Part shown: positions 47,021-55,707 of the stretch, piece after piece
Numbering within the stretch: the first letter of the stretch is position 1
Layout of the letters: each line of letters opens with the position of its first letter
Assembly (NCBI GenBank): GCA_017609915.1
Contig: JAFCDA010000001.1
Location: 5,033-69,032 of the forward strand
Direction: 5' to 3'
Length of the DNA: 64,000 nucleotides
Source of the DNA: Candidatus Pacearchaeota archaeon
Lineage (GTDB): Archaea; Nanobdellota; Nanobdellia; Pacearchaeales; GW2011-AR1
Notes under the pieces: generated by a model
The model's database searches: none
What the model was told of the DNA's origin: nothing
Seen by the model: the letters and a program-made list of their open reading frames with translations, nothing else
Position numbers and translations under genes: made by a program

Positions 47021-47668
47021 ATGCCAAAAAGAAAACGTAAAAAATATTCAAGACCGCAAAGGCCTTTTGATAAAGCAAGAATACAAGAAGAAAATCTTCT
47101 TAGAGACAAATATGGACTTAAAAATAAAAAAGAAATATGGAAAGCAGATGCTGCAATAGCAAGGATTAGAAATCTTGTAAAACAATTAATTACAAAACCT
47201 GAAGAAGAGAAAAAAGCATTTGTTAAAAAACTCCAAACAAAAGGATTTAAAGTTAATAATATTGCAGATTCTTTAGCTTTAGATAAAGAAGATTGGTTAA
47301 AAAGAAGATTACAAACAATAGTGTTTAGTAAAAAATTAGCAAGAACACCTAAACAAGCAAGACAATTAGTTGCTCATAAACAAGTATCTATTGGAAATAA
47401 AACAATTAATATTCCTTCATACCAAGTTAGTTTAGAACAAGAGCCTGAAATAAAATTAAATATTGTATTAAAAAAACCTAAAAATTCTAAAAAAGATTCT
47501 AAAGAAAAAATAGAAGAAGCTAAAAGTGAAGAGATTAAACCTGTTGAAGAGATTGCTGAAAAAACTGAAACTAAAGAACAAACCCCTAAACCTATAGAAA
47601 AACAACCTGAACAACCAATAACAAATACTAATAAAATAGAAAAAGTTAAAGAGAAAGAAAATGCCTAA
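47021..47668 (+). CDS. rps4: 30S ribosomal protein S4 (uS4) with K/E-rich C-terminal extension
   Basis: MPKRKRKKYSRPQRPFDKARI...LARTPKQARQLVAHKQVSIGNK; low-complexity tail after residue about 160. Confidence 0.9.
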   Translation: MPKRKRKKYSRPQRPFDKARIQEENLLRDKYGLKNKKEIWKADAAIARIRNLVKQLITKPEEEKKAFVKKLQTKGFKVNNIADSLALDKEDWLKRRLQTIVFSKKLARTPKQARQLVAHKQVSIGNKTINIPSYQVSLEQEPEIKLNIVLKKPKNSKKDSKEKIEEAKSEEIKPVEEIAEKTETKEQTPKPIEKQPEQPITNTNKIEKVKEKENA

Positions 47669-47897
47669 AAATCTTAAAAAAATAATCGGAACAGGAATAC
47701 TCTTATTAGCTTTAGGTGGAAATATGAATAAAAACCTTAATCCTATTCAAACAGGGGTTGCTCAAAAAAGATATATTAAACAACCAAATAATGTTGAAAA
47801 AGCAATCTATATGGGGGCTTTTGTAGGAACTTCCCTATTAGCAACTTTAGGAATTCATAAACTTCTAACTAAATATAGAACTAATGAAAATGCCTAA
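47661..47897 (+). CDS. small two-TM ORF between rps4 and rps11, hypothetical
   Basis: 78 aa, two hydrophobic helices; sits in a position normally without genes in archaeal S13-S4-S11 operons. Confidence 0.2.
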   Translation: MPKNLKKIIGTGILLLALGGNMNKNLNPIQTGVAQKRYIKQPNNVEKAIYMGAFVGTSLLATLGIHKLLTKYRTNENA

Positions 47898-48444
47898 AAA
47901 AGAAACTAAAGAAAAAATTGAGAAAGAAAAACCAAAGGTAGAAGTTAAAAAAAATAAATCAACTAATATCTCTCAAAAATCTGAAGAAAAGCCTATTGAA
48001 GATAAAAAATTAATGGGTAAAGATCCTGAAGAGAAAAAAGAGACAAAAATTGAAAAAAGAAAAGAGAAAAAAGATAGAATAGGTATTCTTAATATTTATA
48101 CTACTTTTAATAATACAATTATGAATCTAACAGACTTATCTGGAAAAAGTATTGCTAAATTTGGTGGAGGACAATCAACAAAACAAGATAGATTAAAAGC
48201 TAATCCAACAATAGCAATGTTTGTTTCTCAAAGAATAGCTGAAGAAGCAAGAGACAATGGAATAACAGGGTTTTATGTTAAAGTAAGGGCTAAAACAGGG
48301 CAAAACAACCCTGGACCAGGAGCTCATGCAGCAATTAAATCACTTACAAGAGCAGGGTTTAGAATTTTAAGTATTATGGATACTACAAAGATTCCTAGAG
48401 GAGGGCCTAAAAAGAAAGGAGGAAGAAGAGGAAGAAGACCATAA
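47884..48444 (+). CDS. rps11: 30S ribosomal protein S11 (uS11) with K/E-rich N-terminal extension
   Basis: GILNIYTTFNNTIMNLTDLSGK...GPGAHAAIKSLTRAGFRI; real start may be internal Met (about 48013). Confidence 0.85.
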   Translation: MKMPKKETKEKIEKEKPKVEVKKNKSTNISQKSEEKPIEDKKLMGKDPEEKKETKIEKRKEKKDRIGILNIYTTFNNTIMNLTDLSGKSIAKFGGGQSTKQDRLKANPTIAMFVSQRIAEEARDNGITGFYVKVRAKTGQNNPGPGAHAAIKSLTRAGFRILSIMDTTKIPRGGPKKKGGRRGRRP

Positions 48445-48478
48445 ATAGGTTTAAAAATGATAAAAATTACTCAATAAA

Positions 48479-49144
48479 ATGATAAAAATACAAAATTATG
48501 ATAAAGAAAAGCAAAAGATGGGTTTTATAACAGACATGTCTTTTAATCTAGCTAATGCTATTAGGCGGAGTGTTTTAGAAATTCCAACCATGGCAATTGA
48601 TGAAGTTCAAATCTCTAAAAATGATTCTGCATTATATGATGAAATAATCGCTCATAGAATTGGTTTGGTTCCCATAAAAACAAATAAAATATCTAAAGAA
48701 ACAAAATTCAAATTAAAAGAAAAAGGACCAAAAACAGTTTATTCAACAGATATAAGCCCATCTATAGGTGTAGATTATAAATTGCCTATTGTGATTTTAG
48801 ATGAAGGGCAAGAAATTGAGATGGTTATAAATGCAAAATTAGGTAAGGGAATTGAACATATTAAATATTCTCCTGGCTTACTTTATTATTCTTATAATTT
48901 AGAACCTGAAGTTTTAGATTTCACTAATGTGAATGAAAAAGGGAAAATTAGTTATGATGAAAAAGAAATAAGAAAAGATAAATTATCAGAAGAGCAAATA
49001 AATAAAATAAAAAAATTAGATAATGTTAAAGAATTAATCATAAATATTGAATCTTGGAAACAAATAGAAGTTAAGGATATTTTTCTAAGAGCTATTGAAG
49101 TTTTAGATAGTAATTTAAGTGAATTAGGTAAGGCTGTAAAATAG
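48479..49144 (+). CDS. rpoD: DNA-directed RNA polymerase subunit D (Rpo3)
   Basis: ANAIRRSVLEIPTMAIDEVQI...IIAHRIGLVPI dimerisation motif; short form without Fe-S domain. Confidence 0.8.
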   Translation: MIKIQNYDKEKQKMGFITDMSFNLANAIRRSVLEIPTMAIDEVQISKNDSALYDEIIAHRIGLVPIKTNKISKETKFKLKEKGPKTVYSTDISPSIGVDYKLPIVILDEGQEIEMVINAKLGKGIEHIKYSPGLLYYSYNLEPEVLDFTNVNEKGKISYDEKEIRKDKLSEEQINKIKKLDNVKELIINIESWKQIEVKDIFLRAIEVLDSNLSELGKAVK

Positions 49145-49191
49145 TAAAATAATAACAATTATAAACCAAATTCTCTGCTTAATTCATATAA

Positions 49192-49275
49192 GCGGAGATG
49201 CCGGAGCGGTCAAACGGGCTTGGTTAAGGTCCAAGTGGCTTAGTGCCTACGAGGGTTCGAATCCTTCTCTCCGCA
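49192..49275 (+). tRNA. tRNA-Leu, type II; anticodon loop TTAAGGT gives apparent anticodon AAG
   Basis: GCGGAGA-TG-CCG-GAGCGGTCAAA-CGG-G-CTTGG-TTAAGGT-CCAAG-TGGCTTAGTGCCTAC-GAGGG-TTCGAAT-CCTTC-TCTCCGC-A. Confidence 0.75.
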
Positions 49276-49281
49276 TAAAAA

Positions 49282-49644
49282 ATGAGAATCACAAAAACAC
49301 AACTCAGCAAAAGAATAAAGAAAAAAACAAATCCAGAATTAGTTGAAACTATTAAATTAGCTAAGAAAAATAATCTTTTAGAATTAGGAAAAAGACTTTC
49401 TAAACCTACAAGATTACAAAAAAAAATCAATTTAGATGAACTTAATAAATTAAAAGAAGAAAAAGTTCTTATTGTTGGCAAAGTTCTTAGTAAAGGAGAG
49501 ATTAATAAAAAAATGAAGATTGCTGCATTGGGTTTTTCAGAAAAAGCTAAAGAAAAACTAGAAAAAGCAGGATGTAAAATATTTACAATAAAACATGCAA
49601 TTGAAAAAAATAATAATTTAGATGGTGTTAAAATATTAGATTAA
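49282..49644 (+). CDS. rpl18e: 50S ribosomal protein L18e
   Basis: TNPELVETIKLAKKNN...KVLIVGKVLSKGEI pattern of L18e. Confidence 0.8.
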   Translation: MRITKTQLSKRIKKKTNPELVETIKLAKKNNLLELGKRLSKPTRLQKKINLDELNKLKEEKVLIVGKVLSKGEINKKMKIAALGFSEKAKEKLEKAGCKIFTIKHAIEKNNNLDGVKILD

Positions 49645-49645
49645 A

Positions 49646-50056
49646 ATGGCAGACAAAAAAATAATAATTGATGGAAATGGAGCAATTTTTGGAAGAATAT
49701 GTAGTTTTGCTGCTAAAAAAGCATTAGAAGGAAATGAGATAGTGATTATTAATTCTGAAAAAGTTATTATTAGTGGGAATAAAAAAGATGTTCTTAAAAA
49801 ACACAAGAGAATTAGAGAGGTTGGAGGACATTCTTTAAAGGGCCCAAAATATTCAACAATTGCTTATAAAATATTAAAAAGAGGAGTAAAAGGCATGCTC
49901 CCTGATTTTAGAAAAGGAATTGGAAAACAAACTCTTTTAAGAATCAAATGTTATAATGGAGTTCCTAAAGAATTTGAAAATGAAAAAATGATTAAATCAA
50001 AAAAAACAAAACCTGGAAAATATATTAGATTAAAAGAATTAAGTGAAAAGCTTTAA
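49646..50056 (+). CDS. rpl13: 50S ribosomal protein L13 (uL13)
   Basis: IIIDGNGAIFGRICSFAAKKALEGNEIVIIN...GMLP. Confidence 0.9.
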   Translation: MADKKIIIDGNGAIFGRICSFAAKKALEGNEIVIINSEKVIISGNKKDVLKKHKRIREVGGHSLKGPKYSTIAYKILKRGVKGMLPDFRKGIGKQTLLRIKCYNGVPKEFENEKMIKSKKTKPGKYIRLKELSEKL

Positions 50057-50193
50057 AAATAAATAATAATATAAACCCATATCTTATAAGGCCGTCTTTT
50101 AGAAAAAGATGGTGACAAAAATTATAGAGATGTTATGAGAAGATTAAGTAATTCATCTTCAAAACTCAAGATTAAGAGATATCAAATAAAAAA

Positions 50194-50607
50194 ATGCCGA
50201 AAATTGATAAAAATTTAACAGTAAGTGGAAAAAGAAAAACAGCAATAGCAAAAGCTACAATAAAAAAAGGTGAAGGGAAAATTTTGGTTAATAAAAAACC
50301 TTATGAAAACTTAGATTTTTTTAAAAAATTGACAATAAAAGAACCTATTGAAATTGCTAAAAAGGTTTTAGGAGTGTTTGATTTTGATATTAGTATTAAT
50401 ATTAAAGGAGGGGGAAGTGAAAGTCAAATTTTTGCTGCAAGATTAGCTCTTGCTAGAGCTTTAGTTAAATTTACAAAATCTGATGAATTAAAAACAGCTT
50501 TTACTAAATATGATAAAAACCTATTAGTTGCCGATACTAGAAGAAAAGAACCTAATAAGCCAGGAGATAGTAAGGCTAGAAAAAAGAGACAAAAAAGTTT
50601 TAGATAA
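50194..50607 (+). CDS. rps9: 30S ribosomal protein S9 (uS9)
   Basis: SGKRKTAIAKATIKKGEGKILVN...DTRRKEPNKPGDSKARKKRQKSFR. Confidence 0.9.
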   Translation: MPKIDKNLTVSGKRKTAIAKATIKKGEGKILVNKKPYENLDFFKKLTIKEPIEIAKKVLGVFDFDISINIKGGGSESQIFAARLALARALVKFTKSDELKTAFTKYDKNLLVADTRRKEPNKPGDSKARKKRQKSFR

Positions 50608-50774
50608 AAGTATATTTTATTTTTTAGTATCTTATTGTATTTTTAAGATATGCTAAACTGTTCTTTATCTCTCATCTTCAAAACTTAATATTTTACAAGA
50701 TATGGAGAAAATCCATAACATTTATTAATTCTTAATTATAATCATTAATATAAAAAGAGGTAAAGTTTTGTAAA

Positions 50775-51431
50775 ATGCTATTTGAATCAGTTGTAAGTTT
50801 TTTTGAAGGATTAATAAATTCAGTTCCTACAGAATATCGAATATTAGTGAGTCTTTTTATTTACACCTTTTTTATTGCAATATATGCTATCTTTATTTGG
50901 AAATTTTATAAATTTCTTGCAAGTAGAGATATTATTGAACTAAATCTAAAACAATATAATCATTCAAAATATCCTGGATTAGAGAAATTTTTTGCAGTTC
51001 TTCTTTATACTGTTGAATATATGATTATTTTGCCTTTTTTAGTATTATTTTGGTTTGCAATCTTTTCTATGTTTTTATTAATCTTATCTGAATCACAAAG
51101 TGCTCAACAAATACTTTTAATTTCTGCAGCAATTATTGCCTCAACAAGAATAAGTGCTTATATTAGTGAAGATTTATCAAAAGATATTGCAAAAATTCTT
51201 CCATTTACTGTTTTAGCAATGTTTATTTTAGGTAATCAATTTTTTAATTTAGAAACTATCTTCTTAAAAATCTATCAAATTCCTTCATTGTTTAATAATG
51301 TTGTAATGTTTATTATATTTATTTTTATAACAGAGTTTGTTCTTAGAGGAATTCATTCTATTATTCAATTAATTTATTCTTCTTCAGGAAGCTCTGGAAC
51401 TGGTGGAGGAACTTCAGTTAAGGAAGGTTGA
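50775..51431 (+). CDS. polytopic membrane protein, hypothetical
   Basis: 218 aa, about 6 TM helices, Gly/Ser-rich C-terminus. Confidence 0.4.
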   Translation: MLFESVVSFFEGLINSVPTEYRILVSLFIYTFFIAIYAIFIWKFYKFLASRDIIELNLKQYNHSKYPGLEKFFAVLLYTVEYMIILPFLVLFWFAIFSMFLLILSESQSAQQILLISAAIIASTRISAYISEDLSKDIAKILPFTVLAMFILGNQFFNLETIFLKIYQIPSLFNNVVMFIIFIFITEFVLRGIHSIIQLIYSSSGSSGTGGGTSVKEG

Positions 51432-52210
51432 GAATTAAATAAATCACAATTACTTCTAAATTCACACCATTTACATAATTTACTTGGTGTTGGAGGAAAC
51501 TCTGTTGTAGATTCAATTTTATCAATTAACCTTATGATTTCTTGTTTTAAGTTTTCAAGCTCTTGCTCTGTTCTTTTTGAGACTATTTTCTTATTAAAAG
51601 CAAGAAAATGCCAAACCAGATGCACATCATTAACATTATCAAAACTGTTTTTTATACCAATTGCATATAATGCTAATTGCCTATCTTTATCTAATTCTTC
51701 TTGAGATTTTAGAAATCCTCCTGTCTTATAGTCATGAATCTCATAAATGTTGTTATCTTTATTGTGAACTAATCTATCAATATATCCTTGAAGTTTATAT
51801 TTTCCTTCAGAATCTAAATTAATAATTATTCTTTTTTCTGTTGCAATAGTATTATCTTTGAATGGGGAATGTTTTAAAAAATAATCTATTAAAAACTTGA
51901 TTCCTTGATTAAAATAATGTTCTGCATTATATTCTTTTTTTGTTATTTGGATTTTATTATTAAAATCTTTATTCCAAAGATCAATAAAATATCTAAGAAC
52001 ATCATCTAACTGGAAGATTCTTCCTATAATAACTTGGTCATAAATAAATCTTAGAGTTTCATGGACTTTGTGCCCAAGAAAAGCTTCTATTGTCTCTTCT
52101 ATATCTGGTCTAATTCTATCAATATATCTAAATTTAAATTTAAGAGCACATTGTTCAAATGAAGCTAATCTTGAATGAGAGTAAATCACCATTTTTAAGT
52201 ATAAACTCAA
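51374..52210 (-). CDS. Cas4-like PD-(D/E)XK nuclease with four-Cys cluster (RecB-family, DUF83-like), stand-alone
   Basis: N-terminal Cys (SFEQCALKF), PD-(D/E)XK core IHDYKTG, C-terminal CKWCEFRSNC triad as in Cas4/AddB Fe-S nucleases; no cas genes or CRISPR nearby. Confidence 0.6.
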   Translation of the reverse strand: MSLYLKMVIYSHSRLASFEQCALKFKFRYIDRIRPDIEETIEAFLGHKVHETLRFIYDQVIIGRIFQLDDVLRYFIDLWNKDFNNKIQITKKEYNAEHYFNQGIKFLIDYFLKHSPFKDNTIATEKRIIINLDSEGKYKLQGYIDRLVHNKDNNIYEIHDYKTGGFLKSQEELDKDRQLALYAIGIKNSFDNVNDVHLVWHFLAFNKKIVSKRTEQELENLKQEIIRLIDKIESTTEFPPTPSKLCKWCEFRSNCDLFNSQPSLTEVPPPVPELPEEE

Positions 52211-52323
52211 ATAAATAGTCTATTAAAAAGATTTCTGTGGTGGAAATCGAGAAATCTTTTTTGTTTTTTTAGTATCTAAAAATTTTCAGTTAAGTTTTTA
52301 AAAATCATTTTCCTAATCCTTGT

Positions 52324-52590
52324 ATGGTAAATTTTGTTATGTTAAAAAATGGGTTAGGTTTTGGTCTTAAAGGATTTGGATTTTTTTGGGGGATTGCAGA
52401 TAGGTTTTTATGTAATTGGTTATGTATTGGAAATTCTTGCTCAACAAATCAGCCAGGAACATGTTCATTTTTATTTCTTCTTGTAGCTATTATTTTTGTT
52501 GTATGTGGATATGCAATAGTCCATTTACCTAAGAAAGAAAGAGAAAAAGTACAAAAAGTTGTAGAAACAGACATAGAAAAAGAGAAGTGA
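52324..52590 (+). CDS. small Cys-rich membrane protein, hypothetical
   Basis: 88 aa, two hydrophobic helices. Confidence 0.3.
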   Translation: MVNFVMLKNGLGFGLKGFGFFWGIADRFLCNWLCIGNSCSTNQPGTCSFLFLLVAIIFVVCGYAIVHLPKKEREKVQKVVETDIEKEK

Positions 52591-52599
52591 ACATAATCT

Positions 52600-53343
52600 T
52601 TACTCATTTTTAATATCTAAAATATCTGCATAAGTTACTATCTCCTTATTTTGCCTTAGCTCATTAATAGCATTTAAGGTTAATTGAAAAAATCCAGATT
52701 CTATGTCTTGAGGGTGGATTGCAACACGTGCGATTCTTTGATTTTTAAATTTTCTTTTGATTAAGTGTTGATTATACCATTCAAATCCTTTATTAATCAA
52801 ACCGCCTCCAGAAGTAAAAACAACTATATTTGAAGATTCTTTTTTGTATGGTGAAAAAAATTCAATATTACTAAAACTTGTAGTATATTGAAAATCTTCT
52901 TTTAATGCTTTTTCTGATTCTGGGTTTAATAACCAGGCAGGTGCAACAAAACCTACTGCTCCAAATCCATTAGCTTTAAAAATTTCTTTTCCTTTCCAAA
53001 TTTTTTCTTTTGCTTCTTTATAAGAAATATTTTGAAATTCCCCACAACCCTGAGCTATTTGTTCTCCAATAAATTTTTCTAAAAAAGAAGGATAATTATG
53101 ATTTGTTGAAATATGCTCAAGCCCATGTTGAACAATTTCATTTCCTTTATCTTGCAAAGAATGCAACCATTCAATAAATTCACCAGATTGGGAAATACTG
53201 TTTTTTCCAAGATAATCTGGAATAACTAAAATACTTTTTTTATTTACTCCTATTTTATCTAACTCAGATATAATTTTTGTTAATTGACTATTGAAATTAG
53301 GTGTAACATCATGAATTGAAACCACTAAATATTTATTTTTCAT
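52600..53343 (-). CDS. DUF2334-like predicted polysaccharide deacetylase-fold protein
   Basis: YLVVSIHDVTPNFNS N-terminus typical of DUF2334; start set at internal Met (53343) to avoid overlap. Confidence 0.5.
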   Translation of the reverse strand: MKNKYLVVSIHDVTPNFNSQLTKIISELDKIGVNKKSILVIPDYLGKNSISQSGEFIEWLHSLQDKGNEIVQHGLEHISTNHNYPSFLEKFIGEQIAQGCGEFQNISYKEAKEKIWKGKEIFKANGFGAVGFVAPAWLLNPESEKALKEDFQYTTSFSNIEFFSPYKKESSNIVVFTSGGGLINKGFEWYNQHLIKRKFKNQRIARVAIHPQDIESGFFQLTLNAINELRQNKEIVTYADILDIKNE

Positions 53344-53344
53344 T

Positions 53345-54058
53345 TTATTGAACTTTTTCCCCAATATATAAGAATTGTTTTGGATTTTTTCCCCAAGGAG
53401 TTTGAATTTCATAAGATACTAAGTCTAATTCTTTTAACCCTAAGCTCTCAAAAATTTCAAGGTAATCTTTTCTTCCAAGGGCTGTGTGATTTTTTATACA
53501 GTTCACTTCAATCACAGTATTATCTCTTTTATTTTTTATTAAATCTATTCCATTTTCCATTCCTAAAACTGCACACTCATTATCTTCTATAAATAAATAC
53601 TTTGAGAAATTTTCTCTAATAGTTGAAACGTTCCAATTTTTTTCCTTAGCTAAATCTAAAAACCAAGGCAAATCATAATCTACACAACAAAACTTTCCTC
53701 CAACACTTACTTTTTCAAGTGATTTCCTTAGGCTTCTTTTTGGACCTTTTAGTTCATGTAATGTGAAAAGAGCAAGTGCAAAATCGTAAGGAGGCCTTAA
53801 TTTTTTATGTGAAGTAATAACATCTAAATTATTAATTCTTTCTACTTCTGGACTTACTTTATCAATCCTAATACTATCTTCTCTAAAATGATCAAATTGT
53901 GAATTTGGATACCACTTAGCAAGTCTTTCAACAGCTTTTGGAGGTTTGTATCCTGCAAGATCTAAAACATTATTTGGTTCAGAACCTAAACGAAATCTAA
54001 CTATTTTTATCATATCTAATAAACTTTCTCCTTTTCTACCATATTTTTTAGTTTTCAT
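53345..54058 (-). CDS. putative class I SAM-dependent methyltransferase-like protein (degenerate motif I)
   Basis: VLDLAGYKPP (motif I-like), DFALALFTLHEL, GGKFCCVDYD (motif III-like). Confidence 0.35.
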   Translation of the reverse strand: MKTKKYGRKGESLLDMIKIVRFRLGSEPNNVLDLAGYKPPKAVERLAKWYPNSQFDHFREDSIRIDKVSPEVERINNLDVITSHKKLRPPYDFALALFTLHELKGPKRSLRKSLEKVSVGGKFCCVDYDLPWFLDLAKEKNWNVSTIRENFSKYLFIEDNECAVLGMENGIDLIKNKRDNTVIEVNCIKNHTALGRKDYLEIFESLGLKELDLVSYEIQTPWGKNPKQFLYIGEKVQ

Positions 54059-54109
54059 CCTAATGTAATTTTTAAAACTTATTTAATAAATTTAATCATG
54101 ATGGGATAG

Positions 54110-54877
54110 TTATTTTTTATTGTTTTTTGAGAGCTCAGGGTATAGATTAACCATATAAATTTCATAGTCTTTTAAAACATTTCTTTTTATTTTATCTAAT
54201 ATTCCTCTTCCAAAAAGCCATTCAAAAGGTCCAAGAGTTCCTTTTAATGAACCATAGTATGCTGTTATGGCCTTACAATGTTTGTCATGATATTCTTTAT
54301 ATTCTTTAGATGAAAAAGTATTTTTAACTAAACTATTAACAGATTGCTCTACATTTATTGTTGGATAAGTCTTTAAATTATTTTTTAATAATTTAATGTA
54401 ATATAGTGTGTTTGTTTTAATAATTTCTGCTTGTGTTTTAAGAACTTTTTTTGCTGTAGGGTTTACTGCGCTTTTATCAAATTTTTTACTTTCTGTACCT
54501 AATTTCTTTGCAATAGTAAGATAATTTTTATTTGAAATTAACTCTGGTTTTTGTGTTTTCAGATATTTTTGAGCTAAATCAATACAATATAATCTTTCTG
54601 TTATATTATGTTCAAGAGTTTTTTGAAATCCGTGTTTTTTAATTTGCTCTTTAAATGGTGTTCCTGACTTATGTTTTTTTATAAAACTTGAGGTTGATCT
54701 TAAAATATCTAATTTAAAAAGTTCTGAAGCAGAAACTTTTTGTTCTAAAGAAACTTGTTTTGTAAGGGTAGATTTTTTAGGGGCTTCTTGTGCTTTTGAA
54801 ATAGCATTTAAATTTTGAAATGTTAAACTAGTAACTAATAAACTTGTCAACAATTTATATTTAAATTTTGATTTCAT
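54110..54877 (-). CDS. secreted protein with signal peptide, hypothetical
   Basis: N-terminal signal peptide LLTSLLVTSLTFQNLNA; helical K-rich body. Confidence 0.45.
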   Translation of the reverse strand: MKSKFKYKLLTSLLVTSLTFQNLNAISKAQEAPKKSTLTKQVSLEQKVSASELFKLDILRSTSSFIKKHKSGTPFKEQIKKHGFQKTLEHNITERLYCIDLAQKYLKTQKPELISNKNYLTIAKKLGTESKKFDKSAVNPTAKKVLKTQAEIIKTNTLYYIKLLKNNLKTYPTINVEQSVNSLVKNTFSSKEYKEYHDKHCKAITAYYGSLKGTLGPFEWLFGRGILDKIKRNVLKDYEIYMVNLYPELSKNNKK

Positions 54878-55707
54878 CTTTTATTTAAAATTTGATTTAT
54901 ACTTCTAATATATTGTGGGGCAAATCTATTTTCAAGAGGGGTTAAATGATGACCTCTAAGATGATGATTTCTAAACGTTGTTTTAAAATTAGCAAAATCA
55001 CTTTTCCTAAGTTTTCTCCCTTCATAAGGTCCATCTGTGACATAGTTTTCAACATGAATAACATTAGAAGGAATTGTAAAATTATTAAACAATCCATCAA
55101 CAATTGGGGGGAAATATTCTTCTGATTTCAAGTGGGTTGAATCAACAAGCATAAGCCCAACAGGCACATTTACTTTTTCTAAAACTTTTGTTGCTTTAAT
55201 TGCATTACTTCCTCCACCACTATGACCTATTAAAATTATTGGACTTTGTTTAAAATATTGGTGTTTAATTTTTTCCAAAGAATCCCTCCAATCCTCAAAA
55301 TTAAAAACCTGATAATCTGAATGTTCTATGTTTAAGGCTATATTATCTGTCATTCTAAAAATTTGATTGTTATTATTTAAATCCCATCCTCCAAAACAAT
55401 AAAAAGCAGGATTAAAATCAAAATTATTAATTTGAGGTTGTAAATTATGAAAATTTCTTTGGTACGCTTGCCAATTAAAGTTTGTTGGGCTTTGAGAAGG
55501 TTTAGCACCTAATGCAGAAAAGAGTACTATAAAGATGTCTTCAACTGGAGAAGACCCTTTTACCACTTTTTGGTCTTGAGGTGTCTTTAAAAGTCTAGGA
55601 TTTCTTTGGTAAACTGGAGCACAGCCTGTAACAGCCATTAATGCTACTAATCCCATTACTTTTGCTTTATTTTTAAATCTAATTTTTTCCATGTCTAAAA
55701 CTTTCAA
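54874..55707 (-). CDS. alpha/beta hydrolase (lipase/esterase-like) lipoprotein
   Basis: Lipobox-like LMAVTGC signal; nucleophile elbow IGHSGGG. Confidence 0.55.
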   Translation of the reverse strand: MKVLDMEKIRFKNKAKVMGLVALMAVTGCAPVYQRNPRLLKTPQDQKVVKGSSPVEDIFIVLFSALGAKPSQSPTNFNWQAYQRNFHNLQPQINNFDFNPAFYCFGGWDLNNNNQIFRMTDNIALNIEHSDYQVFNFEDWRDSLEKIKHQYFKQSPIILIGHSGGGSNAIKATKVLEKVNVPVGLMLVDSTHLKSEEYFPPIVDGLFNNFTIPSNVIHVENYVTDGPYEGRKLRKSDFANFKTTFRNHHLRGHHLTPLENRFAPQYIRSINQILNKR

